From: a virus
Taxonomy: Duplodnaviria > Heunggongvirae > Uroviricota > Caudoviricetes
DNA length: 26,889 nt
Reading direction: 5' to 3' (one strand)
IMG/VR virus record: IMGVR_UViG_2537562020_000004
Positions 16,779-26,188 of the stretch are shown one piece after another. Both the position numbers and the translations under genes were made by a program. The notes under the pieces were generated by a model that searched no databases, was not told the DNA's origin, and saw nothing but the letters and a program-made list of their open reading frames with translations. Numbering within the stretch: position 1 is the stretch's first letter; every line of letters begins with the position of its first letter.

Positions 16779-16854
16779 TAAACCGCAGACCAGAAACCGG
16801 GCGGCATCCCCGCCCGATGCAGTGACTAACCGATAAATTCAAACAGGAAATACT

Positions 16855-17922
16855 ATGCGCCCGGATACCCGTTTTAAGTTCAATGCCTATCTGACCCGCG
16901 TCGCTGAGCTAAACGGCATCAGCACTGATGACGTCAGTAAAAAATTCACCGTCGAGCCGTCCGTCACGCAAACACTGATGAACAAAGTGCAGGAGTCATC
17001 CGCGTTTCTGCAGACGATTAATATTCTGCCGGTCGCAGAAATGAAGGGTGAGAAAATCGGCGTCGGTGTGACCGGTACTATCGCCAGCACGACCGACACC
17101 TCGGGCGATGATGAGCGTAAGACCGCCGACTTCACCGCGCTTGAGTCCAACAAGTACGAGTGCGACCAAATTAATTTTGACTTCCATCTGAAATATAAAA
17201 CCCTCGACCTGTGGGCGCGTTTTCAGGACTTCCAGCGCCGCATCCGCGACGCCATTGTCAAACGTCAGGCACTGGATTTCATCATGGCCGGTTTTAACGG
17301 TACCACCCGCGCCGCCACCTCTGACCGCACCAAAAATCCGATGCTGCAGGATGTGGCCGTCGGCTGGCTGCAGAAATACCGCAATGAAGCCCCGACGCGC
17401 GTGATGAGCAACATCACCGACGCTGACGGTAAGGTCGTTTCAGCAGTGATTCGTGTAGGTCGAAACGGCGACTATGAGAACCTCGACGCGCTGGTGATGG
17501 ACGCCACCAACAACCTGATTGACGAGGTTTATCAGGATGACCCGAAACTCGTTGCCATCGTTGGCCGTAAGCTGCTGGCCGACAAATATTTCCCGCTGGT
17601 GAACAAGCCGCAGGAAAACAGCGAGGCGCTTGCGGCAGATATCATCATCAGCCAGAAGCGAATCGGCAACCTGCCTGCTGTGCGTGTGCCGTACTTCCCG
17701 GCGAATGCCGTGTTAGTGACCACGCTGGAAAACCTATCTATCTATTTCATGGATGAGAGTCACCGCCGCAGCATTGATGAAAACCCGAAAAAAGACCGCG
17801 TTGAAAACTACGAGTCGATGAATATCGACTATGTGGTCGAGGCGTATGCCGCCGGGTGCCTGCTGGAAAACATCACCCTGGGCGATTTCACCGCACCTGC
17901 AGCACCGGAAAGCGGAGCCTAA
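16855..17922 (+). CDS. N: Major capsid protein (P2 gpN-like), 355 aa
   Basis: MRPDTRFKFNAYLTRVAELNGI... closely resembles the P2 gpN N-terminus; follows the scaffold gene. Confidence 0.9.
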   Translation: MRPDTRFKFNAYLTRVAELNGISTDDVSKKFTVEPSVTQTLMNKVQESSAFLQTINILPVAEMKGEKIGVGVTGTIASTTDTSGDDERKTADFTALESNKYECDQINFDFHLKYKTLDLWARFQDFQRRIRDAIVKRQALDFIMAGFNGTTRAATSDRTKNPMLQDVAVGWLQKYRNEAPTRVMSNITDADGKVVSAVIRVGRNGDYENLDALVMDATNNLIDEVYQDDPKLVAIVGRKLLADKYFPLVNKPQENSEALAADIIISQKRIGNLPAVRVPYFPANAVLVTTLENLSIYFMDESHRRSIDENPKKDRVENYESMNIDYVVEAYAAGCLLENITLGDFTAPAAPESGA

Positions 17923-17925
17923 ACC

Positions 17926-18675
17926 ATGACGAGCCCCGCACAGCGTCACATGATGCGGGTCTCGGCCTCTCAAGCCGCGCAGCGGGAGCAAGCCCCGCTG
18001 CGCCATGCAACCGCCTATGAGCAGATGCTGGTTAAGCTGGCCGATGACCGCCGCACGTTAAAAAACATCCGTTCAAACGAACGTAAAGCCGAGAAAAAGC
18101 GCGAGCTGCTGCCGTTCTATGCGCCGTGGGTCGCCGGTGTGCTGGCTGATGGCCGTGGTGCGCAGGATGACATTGTCATGACCGTCATGCTGTGGCGTCT
18201 CGATGCCGGTGATATCGCTGGCGCGCTGGAAATTGCCCCGTACGCGCTGAAATACGGCCTCACCTCTGACCACCGCCGCACAACACCTTACATGCTGGTT
18301 GAGGAAGTGGCGCTTGCTGCGCAGCGCCTGCGCGATGCCGGTGAGTCTGTCGACCTTTCCTGGCTGCAGACCACTATCGACCTGACCGACGGCGCTGACG
18401 TTCCCGATATGGTGCGCGCCCGTCTGCATAAGGTGACAGGCCTGACCCTGCGTGATGCCGGTATGAATGCAGAGGCGCTGGCGCAGTTTCAGCGCGCGAT
18501 GCAGCTCGACCGCAATGCCGGTGTGCGCAAGGAGATTGAGCGACTGGAACGGGCATTGAAGCCAAAGCCAGAGGCCGCGCCCCGTAAAACGACTAAACCG
18601 CGCACGCGCAAACCTGCCAACAAACCGGCGGCAAAGCGCGGGCGTCCACCAAAGGCGGTAAAAACCGCCGGTTAA
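17926..18675 (+). CDS. M: Terminase small/endonuclease subunit (P2 gpM-like), 249 aa
   Basis: Position after N, size ~247 aa, basic C-terminal tail (KPRTRKPANKPAAKRGRPPK). Confidence 0.85.
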   Translation: MTSPAQRHMMRVSASQAAQREQAPLRHATAYEQMLVKLADDRRTLKNIRSNERKAEKKRELLPFYAPWVAGVLADGRGAQDDIVMTVMLWRLDAGDIAGALEIAPYALKYGLTSDHRRTTPYMLVEEVALAAQRLRDAGESVDLSWLQTTIDLTDGADVPDMVRARLHKVTGLTLRDAGMNAEALAQFQRAMQLDRNAGVRKEIERLERALKPKPEAAPRKTTKPRTRKPANKPAAKRGRPPKAVKTAG

Positions 18676-18768
18676 CTGAACGCTCCCCGAGCCGGGCGGC
18701 ACGCCGGTCAAAGCAGGTTTTAACCCTGACGGCGACCGGCGTCCACCGCCCAACCTAATGAGGTTGTC

Positions 18769-19278
18769 ATGACGACAGTAATACTGAATCAGCCCGACGA
18801 ACCGCAGGACGTACCGGGCGTGGTGATTCCCGCACCGGAGACGGGCGACGCAGTGATTAAAAACACGTTCTTTTTCCCTGATGTGGATCCGAAGCGGGTG
18901 CGCGAACTGATGCGCCTTGAGCAGACGGTTTCCGATGCGCGCCTGCGCAACGCCATCAAGACCGGCATGGCGGAAACCAATGCGGAGCTTTACGACTACC
19001 GGCTGCGCCAGATTGCCGCAGGGTTTAAGACACTGGCCGACGTGCCTGACGCCGAGGAAATCGACGGCGAGAATGTGCGCGTTTTCCACTACCTCAGCGC
19101 CGTGACGGCGATGGCGACCGCCACCCTGTATGAGCGTTATCGCGGGGTTGAGGCCACGGGCAAGGGTGACAAAAAAGCCGACAGCGTCGAAACCACCATT
19201 GATGACCTGTGGCGGGATATGCGCTGGTCGGTCTCGCGTCTGCAGGACAAGCCGCGCTGCATCGTGGGTCAGCTCTGA
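18769..19278 (+). CDS. L: Head completion/stabilisation protein (P2 gpL-like), 169 aa
   Basis: Size and position match P2 gpL. Confidence 0.85.
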   Translation: MTTVILNQPDEPQDVPGVVIPAPETGDAVIKNTFFFPDVDPKRVRELMRLEQTVSDARLRNAIKTGMAETNAELYDYRLRQIAAGFKTLADVPDAEEIDGENVRVFHYLSAVTAMATATLYERYRGVEATGKGDKKADSVETTIDDLWRDMRWSVSRLQDKPRCIVGQL

Positions 19279-19481
19279 TGAAAGTCTACGCGATGCAGGG
19301 CGACACCCTCGACGCGCTTTGCGCCCGGTATTACGGGCGCACTGAGGGCGTGGTCGAGACGGTGCTGCAGGCTAATCCCGGTCTGTCTGAGCTGGGCGTC
19401 ATTCTGCCGCATGGCACGGCGATTGACCTGCCCGACGTGGCATCGTCACCCGTAACAGAAACTATCAACCTTTGGGAGTAA
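19278..19481 (+). CDS. X: Tail protein X (P2 gpX-like), 67 aa
   Basis: ATG overlaps the stop of L; 67 aa; MKVYAMQGDTLDALCARYYGRTEGVVETVLQANPGL resembles P2 gpX (LysM-like). Confidence 0.8.
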   Translation: MKVYAMQGDTLDALCARYYGRTEGVVETVLQANPGLSELGVILPHGTAIDLPDVASSPVTETINLWE

Positions 19482-19484
19482 ACC

Positions 19485-19781
19485 ATGACAGAAGGGGAAA
19501 AAGGCGTCCTGTCACTGTTTGTGATTGGCGTGATGATTGTTGTCGGAAAAGTGCTGGCGGGGGGTGAGCCCATTACCCCGCGCCTGTTTATCGGCCGCAT
19601 GCTGCTCGGCGGTTTTGTTTCAATGGTCGCCGGTGTTGTTCTGGTGCAGTTTCCAGATATGTCACTGCCTGCCGTTTGTGGGATTGGATCCATGCTCGGC
19701 ATTGCAGGTTATCAGGTGGTGGAAATCGCCATTCAGCGCCGCTTTAAGTCACAACAGGGGGATAGCGATGCCGATCATTAA
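19485..19781 (+). CDS. Y: Holin (P2 gpY-like), 98 aa
   Basis: Three hydrophobic segments; near-identical to my recollection of the P2 holin (LSLF.IGV.IVVGKVLAGGEPITPRLFIGRMLLGGFVSM). Confidence 0.85.
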   Translation: MTEGEKGVLSLFVIGVMIVVGKVLAGGEPITPRLFIGRMLLGGFVSMVAGVVLVQFPDMSLPAVCGIGSMLGIAGYQVVEIAIQRRFKSQQGDSDADH

Positions 19782-20265
19782 TACTCACCAGAATATCGCC
19801 GCATTTCTGGACATGCTGGCCTATTCCGAAGGGACGGCGACGCATCCGCTGACGAAAAATCGTGGTTACGACGTCATTGTCACTGGCCTTGATGGCAAGC
19901 CGGAAATTTTCACCGACTACACCGACCACCCTTTCGCACATGGCAGACCAGCGAAAGTGTTTAATCGACGCGGCGAAAAATCCACGGCATCAGGGCGTTA
20001 CCAGCAGCTTTATCTCTACTGGCCGCACTATCAGAAACAACTCGCATTGCCTGATTTCAGCCCGTTGTCGCAGGACAAACTTGCGATTCAGTTAATCCGC
20101 GAACGCGGTGCCATTGAGGATATTAAGGCGGGGCGTATTGAGCGGGCAATTTCACGGTGCCGCAATATCTGGGCGTCGTTACCGGGTGCCGGTTACGGCC
20201 AACGTGAGCACAGCCTCGACAAACTGGTCACCGTATGGCGCACCGCTGGCGGGGTAATGGAATGA
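19768..20265 (+). CDS. K: Endolysin/lysozyme (P2 gpK-like), 165 aa
   Basis: Start MPIINTHQNIAAFLDMLAYSEGT typical of P2-family lysozymes; overlaps holin 3' end. Confidence 0.85.
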   Translation: MPIINTHQNIAAFLDMLAYSEGTATHPLTKNRGYDVIVTGLDGKPEIFTDYTDHPFAHGRPAKVFNRRGEKSTASGRYQQLYLYWPHYQKQLALPDFSPLSQDKLAIQLIRERGAIEDIKAGRIERAISRCRNIWASLPGAGYGQREHSLDKLVTVWRTAGGVME

Positions 20266-20675
20266 AAATCCTGATTACACTTCTGGTGCTGACTGTGCTC
20301 GGGATGTTGTGGTTGCGCCATGAGAACGGCAATTTATCCCGCTCCTTTGAGACAGCAAACCGCGTCGCGAGCGAACAAAAGACGACGATTGGCATGCTGA
20401 AAAATCAGCTCAGTGTTGCCGGTCAGCTTGCCAGACGTAATGAATCTGCGCAGGTGGCACTGCGTGAACAGCTCGCAAAGGCCAGCGAGGAAGCCAGCCG
20501 CCGCGAGCAATCAATAACGAGGTTACTTAATGAAAATGAAGCCTTTCGCCGCTGGTATAACGCTGCTTTACCTGATGTTGTGCGTCGGTTGCACACCCGA
20601 CCCGCCTGCGCCAGCGCCGGTGATTGTGGTCAGCGGATGCCCGAGGGTGAGCCTTTGCCCGATGCCGGGCAGTGA
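20262..20675 (+). CDS. lysB: Inner-membrane spanin component (Rz/LysB-like), 137 aa
   Basis: N-terminal TM helix followed by charged coiled-coil-like periplasmic region; contains an embedded +1 frame lipoprotein ORF. Confidence 0.7.
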   Translation: MKILITLLVLTVLGMLWLRHENGNLSRSFETANRVASEQKTTIGMLKNQLSVAGQLARRNESAQVALREQLAKASEEASRREQSITRLLNENEAFRRWYNAALPDVVRRLHTRPACASAGDCGQRMPEGEPLPDAGQ

Positions 20676-20820
20676 CCCGAAAACCAATGGTGACCTGAGC
20701 GCGGATATCCGCCGTCTTGAGGGCGCGCTGACTGCCTGCGCGCTGCAGGTCAAAACCGTCAAACACTGTCAGGATGAACTCGATGCAGAAGCACAAAAGC
20801 CTGCGCAAGGCGCTGATTAA
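20530..20820 (+). CDS. lysC: Outer-membrane spanin lipoprotein (Rz1/LysC-like), 96 aa, partly embedded in lysB
   Basis: Signal peptide with lipobox LCVGC, proline-rich mature region (TPDPPAPAPV); out-of-frame overlap with the i-spanin. Confidence 0.65.
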   Translation: MKMKPFAAGITLLYLMLCVGCTPDPPAPAPVIVVSGCPRVSLCPMPGSDPKTNGDLSADIRRLEGALTACALQVKTVKHCQDELDAEAQKPAQGAD

Positions 20821-21250
20821 CGCTGTACCCCAGCTCAGAAACAACCCCGATATGCTGCGTCTTTTCGCCGACAACGGGCATATCGATTCCCGACTGGCGA
20901 GCTCGCTGTCGTTTGAAAAGGTGTACGTGCTTAACATGGTGGTGACCGACTTTACCGGCGACCTCGATTTGATATTCGTGCCAGTGCAGGCGTGGCTGCG
21001 TGAACATCAGCCGGACATTATGACCACCGACGACGGGCGGGAAAAAGGATTCACCTGGATTATTGATATCAATAACGACGATTCGCTCGATATCAGTATC
21101 AGCCTGAGGCTCACCGAGCGCACGCTCGTCAAAGAGGTCGACGGCGCGCTGCATGTCAGCTATGCCCCAGAGCCGCCGCTGCCTGAGCCGGTGACGCGCC
21201 CGGTCGAGCTGTACGTTAATGGCGAACTGGTGAGTAAGTGGGATGAGTGA
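20774..21250 (+). CDS. R: Tail completion protein R (P2 gpR-like)
   Basis: C-terminal region ...PVTRPVELYVNGELVSKWDE and size match P2 gpR. Confidence 0.85.
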   Translation: MNSMQKHKSLRKALINAVPQLRNNPDMLRLFADNGHIDSRLASSLSFEKVYVLNMVVTDFTGDLDLIFVPVQAWLREHQPDIMTTDDGREKGFTWIIDINNDDSLDISISLRLTERTLVKEVDGALHVSYAPEPPLPEPVTRPVELYVNGELVSKWDE

Positions 21251-21698
21251 GTTAACCGCGCTACAGGAACGTCTTGCCGGTCTGATTGCCAGCCTGTCAC
21301 CGGCGGCGCGTCGGCAAATGGCGGCTGACATTGCAAAAAAACTGCGCGCCAGTCAGCAACAGCGCATTAAGCGCCAGCAGGCACCTGACGGCACCCCGTA
21401 TGCCGCCAGAAAGCGCCAGCCGGTGCGGAGCAAGAGAGGCCGTATCAGGCGCGAAATGTTCGCCAAACTGCGCAGCACTAACCGCTTTATGAAAGCCAAA
21501 GGCAGCGACAGTGCGGCAGTGGGGGAGTTTACCGACAAGGTACAGCGCATGGCGCGGGTGCATCAGTACGGCCTCAAAGACCGGCCAAACCGCAACAGCC
21601 GGGATGTGCAGTACGAGGCACGCCCGTTGTTCGGTTTCACCCGGGACGATGAACTGCTTGTTGAGAAGCTAATAATCGGAGCTATTAGAAATGGTTAA
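21243..21698 (+). CDS. S: Tail completion protein S (P2 gpS-like), 151 aa
   Basis: ATG overlaps R stop; size and position match P2 gpS. Confidence 0.85.
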   Translation: MSELTALQERLAGLIASLSPAARRQMAADIAKKLRASQQQRIKRQQAPDGTPYAARKRQPVRSKRGRIRREMFAKLRSTNRFMKAKGSDSAAVGEFTDKVQRMARVHQYGLKDRPNRNSRDVQYEARPLFGFTRDDELLVEKLIIGAIRNG

Positions 21699-21749
21699 TT
21701 AACAAAAGCATGCTAACTCTTGACAATTTGACAACTAGAGTGCACCCTA

Positions 21750-21777
21750 ACGCCAGTCAATAGAGTGCGACTGGCGT
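21750..21777. repeat. Inverted repeat ACGCCAGTC-N10-GACTGGCGT between S and the convergent cargo gene
   Basis: Perfect 9 bp stem; no clear U-tract, so terminator function is uncertain. Confidence 0.3.
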
Positions 21778-21815
21778 CAAGGAAGATTTTAATCTTTCTT
21801 TAGTGGTTCGATTCC

Positions 21816-22691
21816 CTAGCCTCGTAAATATCGTTTAGTAAATTTCGTGTTTGGTCTGGATGATAGGATTTGTCTTTCTATTTCACTATCACAGTCTATA
21901 TAGTCTAGTGTATTAGCTTCTATAAGTTTGTTCACGTCAATATTTTTTGCATCGATTATGTTGGCATTTCTAAGGTTTGCATTGGTGTATTCCACTTTAT
22001 CCAAATCACACTCTCTGAGTACGCAACTTTTCATTTCCGCATTGGAAAAATCCCCACCATATAAATAGCAGCCTTCAAAAATAACACCGTTTAACTTTGA
22101 ATCCTGAGCTTTAATATTTTTTATTTTACACTTTATAAATTTTACGTTTTTCATTTTGCTCTTGCTAATATTTAATGCCTGGATTGTACATCCAGTGAAA
22201 GAACAGTCTCTTATGTTAGATTTTTCCATATTTAACCCAGATAGTTCTGAGGTTTTAAAGTGTAAGTATTTAATGGTAAAAAGGTCACCCAACTCCATTC
22301 TGGGTATGTCTATATTGAAGACACCTTTATTGTTGAGCTGTCTTATTATTTTTATTTTTTGTATTTTCAAATCAACATTAACGTGCTTAGCTAAGTTTCC
22401 CAAATCCTCAAGAAGTTCATTAATCGTTTCTTTGTTTTGTCTTCTGTATTCAAAGTAATAAAGGATGACACCTAATACAAAAAAATCCAAAATGGATGAA
22501 TTTGCATTTATTAGGAACCCAGACAGGAATGAATCATTGTAATTACCATAGTGTATAGAGGCAAGTGTTACGCCAAATGCATATAAAATAAAAATAATAA
22601 ACACGTGCTTCATTTTGCATAAGGATTGTATTATTGGTTTTATGGCATCAATTTTGTTCATTGCTGCAGCAGCGAAAGATTTAAAAGTCAT
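21816..22691 (-). CDS. AT-rich membrane protein (291 aa) with two N-terminal TM helices and C-terminal pentapeptide repeats; cargo gene between S and V
   Basis: AT-biased ORF antiparallel to the tail genes; hydrophobic segments HVFIIFILYAFGVTLASI and ILDFFVLGVILYYF; ~14 consecutive 5-residue repeats with central hydrophobic residue (SKMKN VKFIK CKIKN ... ANLRN ANIID). Confidence 0.7.
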   Translation of the reverse strand: MTFKSFAAAAMNKIDAIKPIIQSLCKMKHVFIIFILYAFGVTLASIHYGNYNDSFLSGFLINANSSILDFFVLGVILYYFEYRRQNKETINELLEDLGNLAKHVNVDLKIQKIKIIRQLNNKGVFNIDIPRMELGDLFTIKYLHFKTSELSGLNMEKSNIRDCSFTGCTIQALNISKSKMKNVKFIKCKIKNIKAQDSKLNGVIFEGCYLYGGDFSNAEMKSCVLRECDLDKVEYTNANLRNANIIDAKNIDVNKLIEANTLDYIDCDSEIERQILSSRPNTKFTKRYLRG

Positions 22692-22844
22692 TCTATTTTT
22701 AATGCATTCAGATTAAATGGGATTGATGATTTTTACGTGCCCAATGATGCGTGTCAATCAGATCTTTGAAAGTGTCTTGCTGTGTGAGCCCCTTTCCAAT
22801 CCCGAAGTTTTGTCTGCAATGAAAAGAAGCGGCATGCTTACATA

Positions 22845-23480
22845 ATGAATACATCAAATATCATTCAAGAGCTTGCCCGTGCAATACGCAACCTCATTCG
22901 CACAGGGGTGGTGACTGAGGTCGATACCGTGCAGGGGCTGTGCCGTGTACAAAGCGGCGGGATCCAGACTACATGGCTGAACTGGCTGACCACCCGAGCC
23001 GGTCGTTCGCGGACGTGGTGGGCTCCCTCGGTCGGTGAGCAGGTTCTGCTGCTGGCAATCGGTGGCGAGCTTGATACCGCTTTCGTGCTGCCGGGTATTT
23101 TCTCCGACGATAACCCCGCCCCGTCTGCCTCGGCGGATGCGTGGCATGTGGCTTTCCCTGATGGTGCGGTCATTGAGTACGAGCCCGAGGCCGGCGCGCT
23201 GACGGCCAGCGGTATCAAAACTGCCGACGTGACGGCATCGGAGTCCATCACTGCAACCGTACCGCTGGTACTGGTGAAAGCCTCGACCAGTATCACCCTC
23301 GACACCCCGGAGGTGATTTGCACCAATAAGCTGACGACAGCGACGCTTGAGGTACAAAAAGGCGGCAAGATGAGCGGCAATATCGAACATACCGGCGGGT
23401 CACTGTCGTCTAATGGCAAGGTACTCCACACCCATAAACACCCAGGCGACAGCGGCGGGCAAACGGGGGCACCGTTATGA
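22845..23480 (+). CDS. V: Baseplate spike/assembly protein V (P2 gpV-like), 211 aa
   Basis: Size and position match P2 gpV; C-terminal HTHKHPGDSGGQTGAP is the conserved spike apex motif. Confidence 0.9.
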   Translation: MNTSNIIQELARAIRNLIRTGVVTEVDTVQGLCRVQSGGIQTTWLNWLTTRAGRSRTWWAPSVGEQVLLLAIGGELDTAFVLPGIFSDDNPAPSASADAWHVAFPDGAVIEYEPEAGALTASGIKTADVTASESITATVPLVLVKASTSITLDTPEVICTNKLTTATLEVQKGGKMSGNIEHTGGSLSSNGKVLHTHKHPGDSGGQTGAPL

Positions 23481-23824
23481 CGGCGCGCTATCAGGGTATG
23501 AACCGAAATACCGGCCTCGGCATCAGCGACACTGAGCACATCAGCCAGAGCATGCGCGACATACTGCTGACGCCGGTCGGCTCGCGGGTGATGCGCCGTG
23601 AATATGGCTCGCTTCTGTCGGCGCTGATTGATATGCCGCAAAACCCGGCGCTCAGGCTGCAAATTATGGTGGCGTGCTATTCGGCTATCCAGAAGTGGGA
23701 GCCGCGCATCAGGCTTACCTCCATCAACTTTGAGACCGGCGACGCTGGCGAAATGTATGTCGATATTACCGGGATGCGTACCGATACCGGTGCGTCAGTT
23801 TCAACCACTGTTTCACTGAGTTAA
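23477..23824 (+). CDS. W: Baseplate wedge protein W (GPW/gp25 family), 115 aa
   Basis: ATG overlaps V stop; 115 aa; gp25-like sequence. Confidence 0.9.
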   Translation: MTARYQGMNRNTGLGISDTEHISQSMRDILLTPVGSRVMRREYGSLLSALIDMPQNPALRLQIMVACYSAIQKWEPRIRLTSINFETGDAGEMYVDITGMRTDTGASVSTTVSLS

Positions 23825-23830
23825 ATCACT

Positions 23831-24739
23831 ATGGCAACCGTTGACCTGAGTCAGTTACCCGTTCCCGATGTGGTTGAGGAACTGGACTATGAAACTATCC
23901 TTGCGGAACGCATTGCGACGCTGATTTCGCTCTATCCCGAAGACCAGCAGGAGGCCATTGCCCGGACGCTCACACTTGAGTCAGAGCCGATTGTTAAGCT
24001 GCTGCAGGAAAACGCCTACCGTGAAGTTATCTGGCGTCAGCGGGTGAACGAAGCCGCGCAGGCGGTGACGCTGGCCTACTCCGCCGGTAACGACCTCGAC
24101 GTCGTAGCCGGGAACAATAATACCGAACGCCTGACCATCACCCCGGCGGATGATACCACCATCCCGCCGACACCTGCCGTTATGGAATCTGATACCGACC
24201 TGCGACTGCGCACGCAACAGGCGTTTGAGGGATTGAGCGTGGCGGGTCCGGTCGGTGCATATGAGTATCACGGCCGCAGCGCCGACGGGCGGGTCGCTGA
24301 CGTTTCGGTCGCCAGCCCGTCGCCAGCCTGCGTGACGATTACCGTGCTATCGCGTGAGGGGGACGGCACTGCCAGCCCTGAGCTACTGGCGATTGTTGAT
24401 AAAGCGCTGAACGCCGAAGATGTGCGCCCGGTAGCTGACCGGGTGACCGTCCAGTCAGCCGAGATTGTGCCGTACCAGATTGACGCGACGATCTACGTTT
24501 ACCCCGGCCCCGAATCTGAACCCATCAGGCAGGCGTCAGAGCAGAAGTTGCAGAGCTACATCAGCGCGCAGCACCGCCTCGGGCGTGATATCCGTCTGTC
24601 AGCCATTTATGCGGCGCTGCATGTTGAGGGGGTGCAGCGTGTCGAGCTGACATCACCGCAGGCCGACATAGTGCTGAGTAAGTCGCAGGCGTCGAACTGT
24701 ACCGAGTACCAGATAACTATCGGGGGCTCGGATGAATGA
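23831..24739 (+). CDS. J: Baseplate assembly protein J (P2 gpJ-like), 302 aa
   Basis: Size and position match P2 gpJ. Confidence 0.9.
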   Translation: MATVDLSQLPVPDVVEELDYETILAERIATLISLYPEDQQEAIARTLTLESEPIVKLLQENAYREVIWRQRVNEAAQAVTLAYSAGNDLDVVAGNNNTERLTITPADDTTIPPTPAVMESDTDLRLRTQQAFEGLSVAGPVGAYEYHGRSADGRVADVSVASPSPACVTITVLSREGDGTASPELLAIVDKALNAEDVRPVADRVTVQSAEIVPYQIDATIYVYPGPESEPIRQASEQKLQSYISAQHRLGRDIRLSAIYAALHVEGVQRVELTSPQADIVLSKSQASNCTEYQITIGGSDE

Positions 24740-25340
24740 CCGGCTATTACCCGTTGGCTCGTCGCCGCTGGAGGTTGCCGCCGCTGCCGCGCTCTCTGAG
24801 ATTCAGCGTGTGCCGGTACCGCTGCGCACTCTGTGGAACTGGCGCACCTGCCCGGTAAAACTGCTGCCGTATCTGGCGTGGGCGCTGTCGGTCGACAGGT
24901 GGGATGAGAAATGGCCGGAGGCGACAAAGCGTAGCGTCTGCGCGTCCTCGTTTTTCGTCCATCAGCACAAAGGCACCATTAGCGCATTGCGTCGGGTGGT
25001 TGAGCCGCTCGGCTTTCTGATTGAAGTGCGCGAGTGGTGGCAGCTCAACGAGGAGCCAGGCACATTCCGCCTCGTTGTCGGCGTGCTCGATAGCGGCATT
25101 ACTGACGAAATGTATCAGGAGCTTGAGCGCCTGATTGAAGACGCCAAACCGGCAAGTCGCCACCTGACCGGGCTGGCTATCAGTCTGAGCTCGACCGGCG
25201 AACTGTATGTCGGCGCGGGATGCTATCACGGCGACGCGCTGACTGTTTACCCCTACACCCCCGAGGAGATTGTCGTCGGCGGTGAATATTACCCGGCCTC
25301 GGCCATCCATTTGATTGATAACCTGAGAGTGAACGCATGA
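24732..25340 (+). CDS. I: Tail protein I (P2 gpI-like), 202 aa
   Basis: Overlaps J stop; position between J and H. Confidence 0.85.
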   Translation: MNDRLLPVGSSPLEVAAAAALSEIQRVPVPLRTLWNWRTCPVKLLPYLAWALSVDRWDEKWPEATKRSVCASSFFVHQHKGTISALRRVVEPLGFLIEVREWWQLNEEPGTFRLVVGVLDSGITDEMYQELERLIEDAKPASRHLTGLAISLSSTGELYVGAGCYHGDALTVYPYTPEEIVVGGEYYPASAIHLIDNLRVNA

Positions 25341-26158
25341 CCGCAAAATATTTTGCCATTCTGACCAATCAGGGCGCGGCGCGGCTGGCGAACGCGGCGG
25401 CACTCGGTACCAAACTCAACCTGACGCAGATGGCCGTCGGTGATGCGAATGGTACGTTGCCGACCCCTGACCCGGCGCAGACGAAGCTCATTAACCAGAA
25501 ACGCATCGCGCCGCTGAACCTGCTGACCGTTGACCCGGCCAATACCAGTCAGATTATCGCGGAACAGATTATTCCCGAGAATGAAGGTGGTTTCTGGATC
25601 CGCGAGATTGGTCTCTATGACGATGATGGTATTCTGATTGCCGTGGCGAACTGTCCGGAGACCTACAAGCCACAACTGCAGGAGGGAAGCGGTCGCACGC
25701 AGACCATTCGCATGATTCTGATTGTGTCGAGCACATCGGCAATCACCCTGAAAATCGACCCGGCAGTCGTGCTGGCAACGCGCCAGTATGTCGACGACAA
25801 GATTATCGAGGTGAAAGGATATGCTGATGACCTGATGAAAAAACATGTTGAGGCCGCCAATCCACACAAGCAGTACCCGTTAATCGCTAATGCTCTGAAA
25901 GAAATGGTTGACGCGGGACTGGCCGGCGACGTTCTTAAAAACCTTGGTTTGGGAGAAGGTGCTCCAGCTATTGGCGTTCCGTTCTTCTGGCCGTCCGCTG
26001 CAATGCCAAATACTGTAATCGACAGCTGGTCCAGTATGGTGTTTTTGAAGTTCAACGGGGCGAAATTTTCTGCCTCTGATTACCCTGTGCTGGCGAAAGT
26101 GTTTCCTTCACTGGTATTACCTGAAGCCCGCGGTGTGACACACGTACATAGCCAATAA
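25337..26158 (+). pseudogene. H: Tail fibre protein H, N-terminal portion (273 codons) ending at a premature stop after a duplicated segment
   Basis: P2 gpH-like conserved N-terminus (MTAKYFAILTNQGAARLANAAALG...GFWIREIGLYDDDGILIAVAN); frame ends with ...PEARGVTHVHSQ* right after repeat copy 1. Confidence 0.7.
25944..26139 (+). repeat. 196 bp direct repeat, copy 1 (inside tail fibre gene H)
   Basis: Identical to 26229-26424 except 4 substitutions (aligned by eye). Confidence 0.85.
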
Positions 26159-26188
26159 GCATGGTAGATCTCCCTGACAAAAGCAGGA

